A stretch of 64,000 nt of DNA. It comes from Bdellovibrionota bacterium. GTDB lineage: Bacteria > Bdellovibrionota_G > JALEGL01 > DATDPG01. The translations under genes and the position numbers were made by a program. The stretch covers positions 2,528,001 through 2,592,000 of the forward strand of contig OY764265.1 in the NCBI GenBank assembly GCA_963668355.1, written 5' to 3'. Below the pieces are notes generated by a model, which saw only the letters and a program-made list of their open reading frames with translations, had not been told where the DNA came from and made no database searches. Shown here piece by piece: positions 14,584-25,755 of this stretch (positions are counted from its first letter, which is position 1; every line of letters starts with the position of its first letter).

Positions 14584-17244
14584 ATGGCGAAAAGAATATA
14601 TTCATTTGGTGGCGGCACAGCCGATGGTGACAAAAGTTTAAAACATTTATTGGGTGGAAAAGGAGCCAATCTGGCGGAAATGAGCCGCATTGGCGTTCCG
14701 GTTCCTCCGGGATTCACGATTACGACGGAAGTTTGCACGGAGTTTTATGAAAAAGGTCGTGCACTTCCCTCCGAATTGATGGGCGATGTTGAAAAAGCCT
14801 TGAGTCGTTTGGAAGAGGTCGTGGAGCGAAAACTTGGAGATTCAGCTGATCCTTTGCTCTTATCTGTTCGTTCCGGCGCACCCGTAAGTATGCCTGGCAT
14901 GATGGACACGATTCTGAATCTGGGTTTGAACAGCGACACCGTAAAAGGTTTGGCGGAAAAATCCGGAAATGAATTCTTCGTTTGGGATAGCTACCGACGT
15001 CTTATCCAGATGTTCAGTGATGTTGTCTTGGAAGTGTCCCATTCCAAATTTGAGAAGGCCTTGGAAGAAATCAAAAAATCCGAAGGCGTTAAGTTGGACC
15101 AGGAAATTTCTGTGGAAGGCCTGAAAAAACTGGTGACGGAATATCGATCCATCGTCAAGGATGCAACCGGGAAAGATTTTCCTGAAGATCCTCGTCAGCA
15201 ATTGAAATTAGCCATCGAAGCCGTTTTTCGATCTTGGGGCAATCCAAGGGCGAACGCCTATCGAAAAATTAACAACATCGACATTGCTCTGGGAACCGCG
15301 GTCAACATCCAAGCCATGGTTTTTGGAAATCGAGGCGATACTTCAGCCACGGGTGTTTTATTTTCTCGCGATCCTTCGACGGGGAAAAAGGGAATCTTGG
15401 GGGAATATTTAGTTAATGCACAAGGTGAGGATGTTGTGGCTGGAATTCGAACTCCTGGCCCCATCAATGAATTGAGTACCAGTGCAAAATCCGAAGGCGT
15501 TTCTTTGGAAAAATGGAGACCCAATCTCTATAAGGAACTCTCTGACCTTGTTGTAAAGTTGGAAAAACATTATCGAGACATGCAAGACATCGAATTCACG
15601 ATTGAAGACGAGCGATTGTGGCTCTTACAAACGCGTGCCGGAAAACGTACGGCACCGGCGGCGATCAAGATTGCCGTGGATTTAGTTGAAGAAAAAATCG
15701 CGGATAAGAATGAGGTGCTTAAGCATTTGAAACCAGGCGATTTGGACCAATTGCTCCATCCCGTTTTCGATCCCAAGGCCGAAAGGAATGTTGTGGCCCA
15801 GGGTTTGCCTGCGTCTCCAGGCGCGGTTTTCGGGAAAATTGTTTTTACAGCGGACGAAGCGGAACGTATGGCCAAAGAAGGAGAAAAAGTTCTTTTGGTA
15901 CGCCAAGAAACATCTCCAGAAGATGTTCATGGAATGCATGCAGCCCAAGGTGTCTTGACAAGTCGCGGTGGAATGACTTCCCATGCCGCCGTGGTGGCCC
16001 GAGGCATGGGAAAATGTTGTGTGGTCGGATGCTCGGGGATTGAAGTGGATTCCGAAAAGGGGATCATGAAAACCTCTGAAGGCAAAACCTTTTCCAAAGA
16101 AGACATCATCAGCTTGGATGGGTCTACGGGAGAAGTCTTGGAGGGCCAGGTCGCTACCGTGGATCCGGAAATTGGAGATGACTTTGGTCGCTTCATGACA
16201 TGGGCCGATGAGGCTCGAAAATTGAAGGTACGAGCGAATGCAGATACGCCACACGACTGTGAAGTTGCAAGAAACTTCGGAGCGGAAGGCGTGGGGCTTT
16301 GCCGAACCGAACATATGTTCTTCGATCCAGAGCGAATCGATATCGTTCGACAAATGATCTTGGCTGAAAACGCGGAGGAAAGAAAACCGCATCTGGAGAA
16401 AATTCTAAAGATGCAGAAAGAGGACTTTGTCGGAATTTTAACGGCGATGCATGGATTGCCTGTGAACATTCGTTTGCTGGATCCTCCTCTTCATGAGTTT
16501 TTGCCTCATGGCGAAGAGGAATTGGAACAATTGAGTCGAAGAATTTCGGTCCCAGCCGAAAAACTCGAAAAACGAGTGGAATCGTTGAAAGAGTTTAACC
16601 CCATGTTGGGAATGCGCGGATGTCGTTTGGGAATTACGTTCCCAGAGATTTATGAAATGCAGGCGCATGCCATCATGCAGGCCGCCTGTGAGGTGTCAGA
16701 GAAAAGGAATGAGGAAGTGTTTCCTGAAATTATGGTTCCGTTGGTTTCTCATCCTGCGGAATTTAATTTTGTGCGGAAAAGAATTTCTGAAATTGCCGAA
16801 TCGACTCTCAAAGAACATCCCAATGCCAACGTGAATTATATGATTGGGACGATGATTGAACTTCCACGTGCAGCCCTGGTCGCTGGCGAGATTGCCAAAG
16901 AAGCTCAATTCTTCTCTTTTGGAACGAATGACCTCACCCAGACGACATTTGGATTAAGCCGTGACGATTCGGCTCGATTCTTGCCCGACTATGTTGAACA
17001 AGGAATTCTGCCCAAAGATCCTTTTGCGTCCTTGGACGAAGGTGGCGTTTTGGAACTGGTGCAGTTGGGAACCGAAAGGGGACGAAAAACCAATGCCAAC
17101 TTGAAGGTAGGCGTTTGTGGTGAACATGGTGGAGATCCAGATTCCATCCGACATTTTCATGAAGCCGGATTGAACTATGTGAGTTGTTCTCCCTTCCGCG
17201 TTCCAATCGCCCGCTTGTCTGCGGCTCAAATGGCAATCGAATGA
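14584..17244 (+). CDS. ppdK: Pyruvate, phosphate dikinase
   Basis: LLGGKGANLAEM, SVRSGA..SMPGMMDT, GGMTSHAAVVARG, GLCRTEHMF, FSFGTNDLTQ, GVCGEHGGDP. Confidence 0.98.
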   Translation: MAKRIYSFGGGTADGDKSLKHLLGGKGANLAEMSRIGVPVPPGFTITTEVCTEFYEKGRALPSELMGDVEKALSRLEEVVERKLGDSADPLLLSVRSGAPVSMPGMMDTILNLGLNSDTVKGLAEKSGNEFFVWDSYRRLIQMFSDVVLEVSHSKFEKALEEIKKSEGVKLDQEISVEGLKKLVTEYRSIVKDATGKDFPEDPRQQLKLAIEAVFRSWGNPRANAYRKINNIDIALGTAVNIQAMVFGNRGDTSATGVLFSRDPSTGKKGILGEYLVNAQGEDVVAGIRTPGPINELSTSAKSEGVSLEKWRPNLYKELSDLVVKLEKHYRDMQDIEFTIEDERLWLLQTRAGKRTAPAAIKIAVDLVEEKIADKNEVLKHLKPGDLDQLLHPVFDPKAERNVVAQGLPASPGAVFGKIVFTADEAERMAKEGEKVLLVRQETSPEDVHGMHAAQGVLTSRGGMTSHAAVVARGMGKCCVVGCSGIEVDSEKGIMKTSEGKTFSKEDIISLDGSTGEVLEGQVATVDPEIGDDFGRFMTWADEARKLKVRANADTPHDCEVARNFGAEGVGLCRTEHMFFDPERIDIVRQMILAENAEERKPHLEKILKMQKEDFVGILTAMHGLPVNIRLLDPPLHEFLPHGEEELEQLSRRISVPAEKLEKRVESLKEFNPMLGMRGCRLGITFPEIYEMQAHAIMQAACEVSEKRNEEVFPEIMVPLVSHPAEFNFVRKRISEIAESTLKEHPNANVNYMIGTMIELPRAALVAGEIAKEAQFFSFGTNDLTQTTFGLSRDDSARFLPDYVEQGILPKDPFASLDEGGVLELVQLGTERGRKTNANLKVGVCGEHGGDPDSIRHFHEAGLNYVSCSPFRVPIARLSAAQMAIE

Positions 17245-18428
17245 TGAAACATTTCAGCACATTCATTCTTTTGTGTGTGTGGCTCGTGGGTTGCTCAGAA
17301 GCTCCCCTGATTACGGGGGAGCTGGAGGAAGAACTAAATAATCCAACCGCCATGGAGTTCATCGAAGGAACCAATTTGGCTTTGGTGATCAATGCGAATG
17401 TAAATTTGGCCCAACCGAACGGTTCTTTGGTGGCTGTAGATTTGGACGCTCAGACGGTTCTTTATGACACGATGCTTTCGATTCCGAGCTTTGCCGGTAG
17501 GATGTGGGTGGATGAGTCTTCTACGAGGCTATATGTCACATCTCGCGGAGACGACGCTGTGTTGGTTTATGACTACACGATTCCGGGGGAAAATGGGGCA
17601 GCCATCTCATTTTCCGAAGTGTCTGTTCCGGATCCGCATGATGGAATTGTCAATGGCGTGGAGGCGGATGAAGATCCTTTCGGGATTTATTTGGCTGACA
17701 ACACCACAGAAGGAAAGTCTTTATATGTGAGTAATAATCTCGCAGGATCCATATCCCTGATTCCGGTAAATGATTTGCTTCCGTTGAACTTGGATCTAGA
17801 ACACGACGAGTATCACGGATTTCCTTTGATTTCGTCCATCAATTTTCGATCCGAAGATTCAAGACCGGGGCGTGGTGCTGCCGATTTTATTCCTTCTGCC
17901 GACGGTCGACTTCTCTTTGTGATGTCTACCGTGACGAATGATATTTATGTCATTGATACGTACGATCACGCTGTAGAGGGCATGTTGGATTTGTCCACGG
18001 TCGCTTATTCGGGCGGAATAAGAGATATGGCAATTGACTCAAATGGATTCGCGTATTTGAGCCATCGTGGTGTGGATGGTGTTGTGGTTTTGGATGTGAG
18101 TGGGGTTCAAGACAATGGAATTGACTACGACATTTTGGAAACCGTTTGGGTGGATACGATTCCCACTCAAAAGACTCCTGAGTCGGTTCTACTTTCGAGC
18201 GATGAAACCAAACTCTATGTAAGCAGTTTAACGGAGAATACGGTTTCCGTGATTGACACTGCTTCCAGAGGGGTTCTGGATGTCATTGAAGTTTCGGGTG
18301 AGTCTCCGGGATTTTTGGTGGCAGATCCCGATCCCGGACGAAACGTAATTTATTGTTTAAATTTCTTGTCCAAAAACATATCTGTGATTTCGGAAGCAAC
18401 TTCACAAGAAGTGGGTACGATTGAATGA
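17241..18428 (+). CDS. YncE/YVTN-like beta-propeller lipoprotein
   Basis: Lipobox LVGC; LYVSSLTENTVSVIDT-type blades; start overlaps the ppdK stop. Confidence 0.75.
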   Translation: MMKHFSTFILLCVWLVGCSEAPLITGELEEELNNPTAMEFIEGTNLALVINANVNLAQPNGSLVAVDLDAQTVLYDTMLSIPSFAGRMWVDESSTRLYVTSRGDDAVLVYDYTIPGENGAAISFSEVSVPDPHDGIVNGVEADEDPFGIYLADNTTEGKSLYVSNNLAGSISLIPVNDLLPLNLDLEHDEYHGFPLISSINFRSEDSRPGRGAADFIPSADGRLLFVMSTVTNDIYVIDTYDHAVEGMLDLSTVAYSGGIRDMAIDSNGFAYLSHRGVDGVVVLDVSGVQDNGIDYDILETVWVDTIPTQKTPESVLLSSDETKLYVSSLTENTVSVIDTASRGVLDVIEVSGESPGFLVADPDPGRNVIYCLNFLSKNISVISEATSQEVGTIE

Positions 18429-20338
18429 ACAAGATTTTTTTCGCTTTCATGATCATTTTTCTTGTGGCTTGTAGCAGTGGTGGTGGAAGTCAGTTCGACG
18501 TCCTCTACAAACCTTCCGACATTGTGTCTTCTTCAACAAATGTTGAATATAACGGTCGAAGTACTCGACTTGTCTATGTAGCCAATCGCTTGGGTGGGAC
18601 GGTGTCCGTTCTGGCACAGGATGAAGAAAAAATAATTGACACAGATCGAGATGATGACTTTGACGACTCGCCGTTGATCATTGGTGGAGAACCGACTTCT
18701 TTGGTTGTTCAGGAACGAGGGACACCTCGAGTTTTTGTGGCCGATGCATTTCATCGAAGGATCGTTGCTTATGAACTTGCGGAGACCTCGCGCGAGGACG
18801 AGGTGGCGTTTGTGCCCCTTGATCTCAGTGAGGACGATGTTGCCGTAGTGAGTGAACCCTTATTTAGAAACTCTGGACGCCTTTCGAATCCAACTCTTGT
18901 GAGTCTTTCGGTCACTTCTGATGTCAAAACAGAGCATTGGGATTTGCTTTTTGAAGGGGATGATACGGGATATCGGGTGGAAGGTTCTAAGTCAGGGATT
19001 CAAACCCAAAAAGCACAAGAGGGTGAAGTCTTCTCAACGGATGATGGTGCCGTAACATTCACAGTGAAAGCTGGAGGAGAGCGAACGACCGGGGATGATC
19101 GATTTCGTTTCGGAACGGCAGTCCTGAAACCTTTGGCTCTTACAGGAAAACCTGTTGATCTTATTCAGGACGAAAATCGACTTTTCATTCTCATGAATGA
19201 TCCTCCGTCCATTGCTTCGTTTGATTTGGAGACGCTTTCCTTAGAAAGCACGGTCAATCTCGTCGATACCAGCGTTTTGATGGGAGAGGCTGCTCTTGTG
19301 GATGGGCGAATATATGTTCCGAATTTGGCTGACACGACGGTGCTGGGGATTTCTAAAGAAAATTTCAATGACGTGACCGAAATCGAGGTCGAAGAAACGT
19401 GTCGGGTGGTTCGTTCAGACTCTTCCGGGACACGCCTGTTCTTGATGTCCGTGGATCAAAGAAAGATGTTGAGATGGAATCTCTCAACGGAATCTTTGGA
19501 AGAAGGAACTCCGCTGACCGATTACGGATATGATTTTATTCCGTATGTATTCAATGATGATTCCTTTGCATTGATCCCCCTGGCTTCAGGAGCGGTGGAT
19601 GTGTTTGATCTCCAAAACCAAATTCGGTGGGACGCTCGAATCACAGACGACACGGTTCAATCGGATACGACCGATTCTCAATTTTTTGATTCTGGAATGG
19701 ACTCTTCACCGGAACTGGTTTCTGTGAATACGAGAGATCGAATTACGCTGTCAGAGCAATGGCAATTGGTGTTCGAAGGTGTTGTCCCCGGAACAGCCGG
19801 ATTAACGGGTGAATTGGCGGGGCAGCAGCTTTCGGTTGCGGAGGGGACTGACTTAGAGGCTTTGGGCATCCAAATTGGAGACCGCATTATTTTTGAAAGC
19901 GATTCCGAAGAAGCCCTTGTGGAGGAGGTGGACTCTCCGACGACGTTAATCTTAGATATCTCTCCTCAAAATCAAGGGGACGTCACGTTTTCCATTCGTC
20001 CTTCCGGGCAGTACATTGTCCTGGGATCTTTGTCCGGACCTCAAATCGGTAGAGTGGAAGAGGGCGTGAGTTACACGAGTGACGAAAACGAAATTTCATT
20101 AACGATTCGAGGGAGTCGATCGGCCCCAACAACACAGGGAGATTTCTTTTCTTTTTATACCTTGGATGGGATCGACCCCATTCGTGTTTCAGGAAAAAGG
20201 GGGGCCATGCGAGGAACGGCCTTCATTCGTCCGGGAGAAACCTTCCCAACGGCTTATTTGCTTCATCAGGCCTCGAATGCGGTAACCGCCTTTCATTTAA
20301 ATCCATATGACCTCTACGAACGGCGAACCATTCGATGA
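18425..20338 (+). CDS. Beta-propeller lipoprotein with a duplicated inserted domain
   Basis: Lipobox LVAC; VYVANRLGGTVSV blade; two copies of a W.L.FEG...Y.V.GS.SG.Q...EG...D.F.F.T module. Confidence 0.7.
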   Translation: MNKIFFAFMIIFLVACSSGGGSQFDVLYKPSDIVSSSTNVEYNGRSTRLVYVANRLGGTVSVLAQDEEKIIDTDRDDDFDDSPLIIGGEPTSLVVQERGTPRVFVADAFHRRIVAYELAETSREDEVAFVPLDLSEDDVAVVSEPLFRNSGRLSNPTLVSLSVTSDVKTEHWDLLFEGDDTGYRVEGSKSGIQTQKAQEGEVFSTDDGAVTFTVKAGGERTTGDDRFRFGTAVLKPLALTGKPVDLIQDENRLFILMNDPPSIASFDLETLSLESTVNLVDTSVLMGEAALVDGRIYVPNLADTTVLGISKENFNDVTEIEVEETCRVVRSDSSGTRLFLMSVDQRKMLRWNLSTESLEEGTPLTDYGYDFIPYVFNDDSFALIPLASGAVDVFDLQNQIRWDARITDDTVQSDTTDSQFFDSGMDSSPELVSVNTRDRITLSEQWQLVFEGVVPGTAGLTGELAGQQLSVAEGTDLEALGIQIGDRIIFESDSEEALVEEVDSPTTLILDISPQNQGDVTFSIRPSGQYIVLGSLSGPQIGRVEEGVSYTSDENEISLTIRGSRSAPTTQGDFFSFYTLDGIDPIRVSGKRGAMRGTAFIRPGETFPTAYLLHQASNAVTAFHLNPYDLYERRTIR

Positions 20339-20496
20339 TGTATGGCAATATATTGCCAATACAATACATTTATTTTGCTTTTTTTTAGGTTCTAGCTTTG
20401 ATACAGGGAAAGGGAGCATTGTCAGAGGAATGACCCGGAGAGTTGTATTCGAAGGGGGATGTCATTACAAAAGGCAGTGGGAGTGCGGAAGGTTCA

Positions 20497-23400
20497 ATGC
20501 AGTTAAAAAAACTAGAAGTTGTTGGTTTCAAATCGTTTTTAGAGAAAAGTGCTTTTGACTTTACCTCCAAAGTCACGGGAGTTGTGGGTCCGAACGGTTG
20601 CGGAAAAAGCAATATCGTGGATGCCATCAAGTGGGTGACCGGGGAGTTGAGTTTTAAGGAGCTTAGAGGTCGTTCCACACAGGACCTCATTTTTTCCGGG
20701 AGTGAACTTCGACCTCCGACGAGCATGGCGGAAGTTTCTCTTACTCTGGACAATAGCCAGGGACGCGCGCCAGCTGAGTATAAAGATTACAGTGAAATCA
20801 ATGTCCTTCGGCGCGTTTTTCGAGATGGGAGCTCCGAATATTTCATCAATAAAACGCCCTGCCGATTGAGAGATATTGTCGACATTTTCCTGGATACCGG
20901 TGTCGGACAAAGTTCGTACTCCATCATTGAACAAGGCCGCGTAGGTATGATTGTGGCCAGCAAATCCGACGACCGAAGAGCCATCATTGAAGAAGCTGCG
21001 GGGATCACCAAATACAAGCACCGCAAAAAAGCCGCTCAGAGAAAGATGGACTATACGCGGCAAAACCTCCTGCGTGTGAATGACGTCTTGGGAGAATTGA
21101 AAAGACAAATCAATTCTTTGGAGCGTCAGGCTAAAAAAGCCGAGCGTTACCGAAAATTTCAGGATGAAGCAAAAGACTTGGATGTGGCACTTTCCTCTCG
21201 GGGCTATGTCGCTCTTCAAGCTTCTTTGAAGGATAAACGGGACGAAGAGGCTCGTTTAGATGAACAACATGAATCGGAAAAAACCGAACTTTTGGTTAAA
21301 GAGGCTCAAGTAGAGGAAGGACGATTGGCGTCGACCGAGGATGAAAAGAACCTACAGGATGCCCAGCAAAAACTTTATGAGCAGGGCCAAGAAATTGCCA
21401 CGTTGGAAGCTCAAATTGAAGGGTTGCGTCGAGAGGGAGATCAACTCCGGAACTCCGCCAGATCTGAAGAATCCCGCGCAGAAGCGGCGGACAGGAAGCT
21501 TGAAGAAATCGAGAAGTTAATTGAAGAAGCAAGTTCTAAGTTATTGAATTTAGAGGAAACAAATATATCGGTTCATGGAGAGGTTGAAGCTTTAAAAGCT
21601 GAGGTGGAAGGGCTCGAACAGGGGTTAAAAACCCTGGAAGCTGAAATCGACGATCAGAAGCAGGTCCTCATGGATTCCGTAGCGGAAGAAGCGGAAGTGA
21701 AGAATCAGCTCCTTACCAACGGAGAGAGAATTGAGGAAATTCGACGTCAACTGGAGAGCCGGACGCGGGAATATGAGGAGTCCGCTCAAGAAGTGGCAGT
21801 GTTGAAGGAAAAATATACGGTTCGGCAACGCGAACTCGGGGTTACGGTTCAATTGAGACTGGGGTTTGAGCGCGAACGAGGAGAGACAAAAGAGCGACTC
21901 GAACATCTGCAGGAAGAAAAGATTCGAATTGAAAAGGATCTTGGGGAGAGGCACCAAGAGATCGAACGCATTGGTTCTCGTTTGAAGACCTTGGAAGAGT
22001 TCGAACGAACCTATCAAGGTTATCAGCAGGGCGTACGATCCATCATGGAGCGGCGGGAAGAGTTTTCCGATGATGCTCAGCTGGTTGTTGGGTTGTTGGG
22101 GCAACAATTACAGCCTGAGCGTGGCTACGAGAAAGCTGTGGAAGCGGCCTTGGCCGACCGCATTCAATGTTTGGTGGTCAATGAGCCCGAAAGCGCCATC
22201 AAGGCGGTACATTTTCTGAAGAAAACCGATGGGGGTCGAGGAACCTTCATGCCTCGGGAACTGGCGAGCCATTTCGAAAGAAAAGTCCCGGAAAATATAG
22301 AAGGAACCCAGGGACGCCTATTGGACTTTGTTCGTGTGACCAATGGATGCAATCAGAGCGTTGAAGCATTGCTTCGAAGCGTTTTTGTTGTTGAGAGCTT
22401 GGAAAAGGCCTTTGATGTATGGAAGGAACACTCCGAGATTACGCTTGTCACTCCGGAAGGTGATCTCCTAACCCGAGACGGAATGGTGATCGGGGGCACG
22501 TGGAAAGACGAAAAAGGCGTTCTTCAGATCCACCGAGAAATTGAAGACTTATCGGAACAGCTCAAGTATTCCCGTGGACAACGGGAGCTTCTGGAACGAA
22601 ATCAAAAACGCCTTGCCCATGAAATTGCCACGACTTCTGCGGGATTGCAGGAGGTGGAAACCGCTTTGTCTCGAGAACAAGACAACGTTGTTCATCACGA
22701 GAAAGACTATGAACGGCTAGAGGACGCCATTGAGCGGTCTGAGCAAAGTCTGAAGGTGATCGAAGAAGAACAAAATCGTCTGCGAGAAGAGCGAAGACAG
22801 CTTGAAGAGAGCATGGCTCGCTTGGAAGCCCGGAAGACGGAAGTGGAGTCCAAAAGGACGAGTTTGGAAGCGTGTGTTCGAGAGAGAGCCGGGCATCTAA
22901 ATGCGGAAAAAGAGAAAGTTTCGGCCAAGCATGAAAATTTAACCGTTAAAAAGGTTGAACAGGCTTCGATCGTGGAACGGATAGAATCTCATCAACGGGA
23001 ACGCTTGAGTTTGCAGGCCCAACAAACCAGCACCCGAGAAGAACAGCGGGAGCTAAAAGAAGCCGCTTCTCGGCACTTGGAAGAAGCTGAGGTCAAAATT
23101 CGTCAGATCACATCCTTGGATGAGACGCGAACAGAGGCCATTGCTCTCCATCAAACCCAACAAGAACAGGTAAGTCAGTTGCGAATTGAGCATGACTCCA
23201 AGATGGCTGCTTTGAGAGAGCAAGAAGATGCATTGAAAGAAATCCGAGTTTCGGTCGATGCAGTGGCCAAAACCTTGAATGATTGTAGACTTACCATTCA
23301 AGAAGAGGTGATGAAGATTTCTCATCTGGATGAACAGCTCAAGGAGAGATACGGGATTTCTCTCAGTGAATTGGTTGAGAACGAAGGCTTTGAAGTCCTG

Positions 23401-24108
23401 TCGGATGAGGAAGTCTCTGAAACCAAAGAGCGCTTGATTGATCTTCGAGCAAAGATGGAAAAGATTGGAAACGTCAATTTGGCAGCTATTGAGGAGCTTC
23501 AAGACCTCAAGGAACGCTTTGAATTTTTGTCCATTCAAAAAGACGATCTGGAATCAAGTTTGAACTCATTGTCCACGGCCATTCGGAAAATCAATGCCAC
23601 CACCCGTTCCAGATTTCAGGACACCTTTGAAGAGATTAATACACGCTTCCAAGATATTTTCCCGAGGCTGTTCAGAGGTGGTAAGGCCAAATTGACCCTG
23701 ACGGATCCTGAAAATCTTCTGGAGACCGGCGTGGATATTCTGGCTCAACCTCCCGGAAAACGACTCCAGAACATCAATCTTCTTTCGGGTGGAGAAAAGG
23801 CCTTGACGGCGATTTCCCTGCTGTTTGCCATCTTCCAATATAAGTCGCCTCCGTTCTGTCTGCTGGATGAAGTGGATGCTCCATTGGATGATGCCAACGT
23901 CAGGCGATTTGTAAACTTGGTCAAAGAAATGTCCGATACCACGCAGTTCATTCTCATCACGCATAATAAATTGAGTATGGAAATTGCGGAGTCCCTATAC
24001 GGAATTACCATGGAAGAGCCAGGGGTTTCCCGAATCGTTTCCGTTCAAATGAATGAGGCCATGGAAAAAGTTCAAAAAAACTCGGAAATGGCCCAATCGG
24101 TGGCATAA
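20497..24108 (+). CDS. smc: Chromosome segregation protein SMC
   Basis: MQLKKLEVVGFKSF, Walker A GPNGCGKSN, coiled coils with hinge, LSGGEK signature, LLDEVDAPLD. Confidence 0.97.
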   Translation: MQLKKLEVVGFKSFLEKSAFDFTSKVTGVVGPNGCGKSNIVDAIKWVTGELSFKELRGRSTQDLIFSGSELRPPTSMAEVSLTLDNSQGRAPAEYKDYSEINVLRRVFRDGSSEYFINKTPCRLRDIVDIFLDTGVGQSSYSIIEQGRVGMIVASKSDDRRAIIEEAAGITKYKHRKKAAQRKMDYTRQNLLRVNDVLGELKRQINSLERQAKKAERYRKFQDEAKDLDVALSSRGYVALQASLKDKRDEEARLDEQHESEKTELLVKEAQVEEGRLASTEDEKNLQDAQQKLYEQGQEIATLEAQIEGLRREGDQLRNSARSEESRAEAADRKLEEIEKLIEEASSKLLNLEETNISVHGEVEALKAEVEGLEQGLKTLEAEIDDQKQVLMDSVAEEAEVKNQLLTNGERIEEIRRQLESRTREYEESAQEVAVLKEKYTVRQRELGVTVQLRLGFERERGETKERLEHLQEEKIRIEKDLGERHQEIERIGSRLKTLEEFERTYQGYQQGVRSIMERREEFSDDAQLVVGLLGQQLQPERGYEKAVEAALADRIQCLVVNEPESAIKAVHFLKKTDGGRGTFMPRELASHFERKVPENIEGTQGRLLDFVRVTNGCNQSVEALLRSVFVVESLEKAFDVWKEHSEITLVTPEGDLLTRDGMVIGGTWKDEKGVLQIHREIEDLSEQLKYSRGQRELLERNQKRLAHEIATTSAGLQEVETALSREQDNVVHHEKDYERLEDAIERSEQSLKVIEEEQNRLREERRQLEESMARLEARKTEVESKRTSLEACVRERAGHLNAEKEKVSAKHENLTVKKVEQASIVERIESHQRERLSLQAQQTSTREEQRELKEAASRHLEEAEVKIRQITSLDETRTEAIALHQTQQEQVSQLRIEHDSKMAALREQEDALKEIRVSVDAVAKTLNDCRLTIQEEVMKISHLDEQLKERYGISLSELVENEGFEVLSDEEVSETKERLIDLRAKMEKIGNVNLAAIEELQDLKERFEFLSIQKDDLESSLNSLSTAIRKINATTRSRFQDTFEEINTRFQDIFPRLFRGGKAKLTLTDPENLLETGVDILAQPPGKRLQNINLLSGGEKALTAISLLFAIFQYKSPPFCLLDEVDAPLDDANVRRFVNLVKEMSDTTQFILITHNKLSMEIAESLYGITMEEPGVSRIVSVQMNEAMEKVQKNSEMAQSVA

Positions 24109-24231
24109 ATTTGGGTTTGCAACGTCACTTCTAGGTAGGAGAAATCGGCAAGTTGTGAGAATCTGTACCGGTTAAGGCCTTAAAGAGATTGAGATGTGTT
24201 GAGACAGAAGGGCCAATGAAAGGAAAGAACG

Positions 24232-24747
24232 ATGGATGTTTTGAAAGAAAAAATTCGCACCATTCCTGATTTTCCCAAACCAGGGATCCTATTTTATGAC
24301 ATTACAACCGTATTGCAGGATCCTGTGAGTTTTGGTGCTGTGCTGGAGGCTCTTGCGGAACCTTTTCAAAGAAAAAAAATTGAGCTCGTTGCATCCATCG
24401 AATCGAGAGGCTTTATTTTTGGCGCTGCTTTAGCGAACGATTTGGGCGCCGGGTTCGTTCCCGTTCGAAAACCCGGAAAGCTTCCCTATGAAACCCTCAA
24501 ACAAGAGTATGCCTTGGAATACGGCACCGACACCTTGGAAGTTCACAAAGATGCTGTTTCGCCCGGACAAAAAGTGCTGATTGTGGATGATTTATTAGCG
24601 ACCGGAGGAACCGCCTTTGCTGCGCTTCAGTTGCTTCGACAAATGGGGGCCGACGTTGTTGGCGCCACGTTTGTGATGGAATTAAAAGCTTTGAACGGCC
24701 GAAAACGTCTTGAGGGAACCGACGTAAAGTCTCTCTGGACGGTTTAA
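24232..24747 (+). CDS. apt: Adenine phosphoribosyltransferase
   Basis: [44 protein letters not shown]. Confidence 0.97.
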   Translation: MDVLKEKIRTIPDFPKPGILFYDITTVLQDPVSFGAVLEALAEPFQRKKIELVASIESRGFIFGAALANDLGAGFVPVRKPGKLPYETLKQEYALEYGTDTLEVHKDAVSPGQKVLIVDDLLATGGTAFAALQLLRQMGADVVGATFVMELKALNGRKRLEGTDVKSLWTV

Positions 24748-24767
24748 TCCCCGAATACTAAAGGGGG

Positions 24768-24842
24768 TGGTACCCCCGAGAGGAATCGAACCTCTATCTA
24801 GGGATTAGGAATCCCTCGTTCTATCCGTTGAACTACAGGGGT
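24768..24842 (-). tRNA. tRNA-Arg (anticodon CCT)
   Basis: Reverse complement ACCCCTGTAGTTCAACGGATAGAACGAGGGATTCCTAATCCCTAGATAGAGGTTCGATTCCTCTCGGGGGTACCA. Confidence 0.95.
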
Positions 24843-24941
24843 ACGTGTATTCGTCACGGCGGTTTACTTCATATTGAGAAGGTTGTGAACCTTTTGCTTT
24901 GAGGCTTGGGGAACGGGAAGGACATCGGCTATAGTAAGCGC

Positions 24942-25565
24942 ATGAAAAACTCCTTTATCCTGGCTTTGTCGGTTTTCTTTTTTGCAACTTCTGTGGGGGC
25001 ATCTAGTTCCACGTACGATGCAGACCTGAAAGATGCTCCTCAATATTATCGAGAACGAGTTCAGAAATTTCGAAACATTTTAAGAAAAGAAAAGAGCAAG
25101 AACGCTAAAATAGATCGGGCCTTGGCTATGGCCAGGTCCCTCAAAAGCCCTTTTCGAAAAGATGCGTTAAATTTTCTTGCTGACCTAAGAGTGGAGCGAG
25201 CCGTTCCGCTTTTAACTCGATTGACCTCAGATCCAGAAGTTCAGGAGTTTGCTCTTTATGCCCTTGGACAAATTGGAACTGAAAAGAGCGTCGAAGTCCT
25301 GATTCAAAATTTGAAAAGCCCCAACGAAAAAATGCGAGGCATTTCGGAGAACTCTCTACGGAAAATCTCTGGAGTGAATTTTTCATATCGATATGGGGAT
25401 TCCCCCCGGAGGAGAAAAGAGGGCATTCAAGAAATTGAGCTATGGTGGAAAAAGGAAAAGAAGAAGGGGTTTCAACCCCGAAAACTGACTTCCCAAGAAG
25501 CCGAAGAGGCCAAATCCGCTTGGGAACAATATGGCGTTGAATATCTTCACGATCTAAGCCGATAA
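24942..25565 (+). CDS. Exported HEAT-repeat protein
   Basis: Signal peptide MKNSFILALSVFFFATSVGA; AVPLLTRL..DPEVQEFALYALGQIG HEAT repeats. Confidence 0.75.
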   Translation: MKNSFILALSVFFFATSVGASSSTYDADLKDAPQYYRERVQKFRNILRKEKSKNAKIDRALAMARSLKSPFRKDALNFLADLRVERAVPLLTRLTSDPEVQEFALYALGQIGTEKSVEVLIQNLKSPNEKMRGISENSLRKISGVNFSYRYGDSPRRRKEGIQEIELWWKKEKKKGFQPRKLTSQEAEEAKSAWEQYGVEYLHDLSR

Positions 25566-25755
25566 GTCTCTGCTTCCCGAGAACAAACCCCAGCGAAGTG
25601 GTTGACAATATTGATGCAACGCGCTATTTGACGTTGTGGAAACACTCGACATGAAGGTCTCATACGTGGCTTACATGTCCCAACGGGAAAGGGGTTTTGA
25701 AGCCTCAGACCCAAAAAATATGAAGTGTTTTCAGTAGTTTACGTGTTTGCATGTC

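Noticed and set aside
24768..24842. Second integrated element at tRNA-Arg
   Set aside because: The tRNA 3' end lies ~20 bp from the apt stop, with no integrase or duplicated 3' fragment seen.
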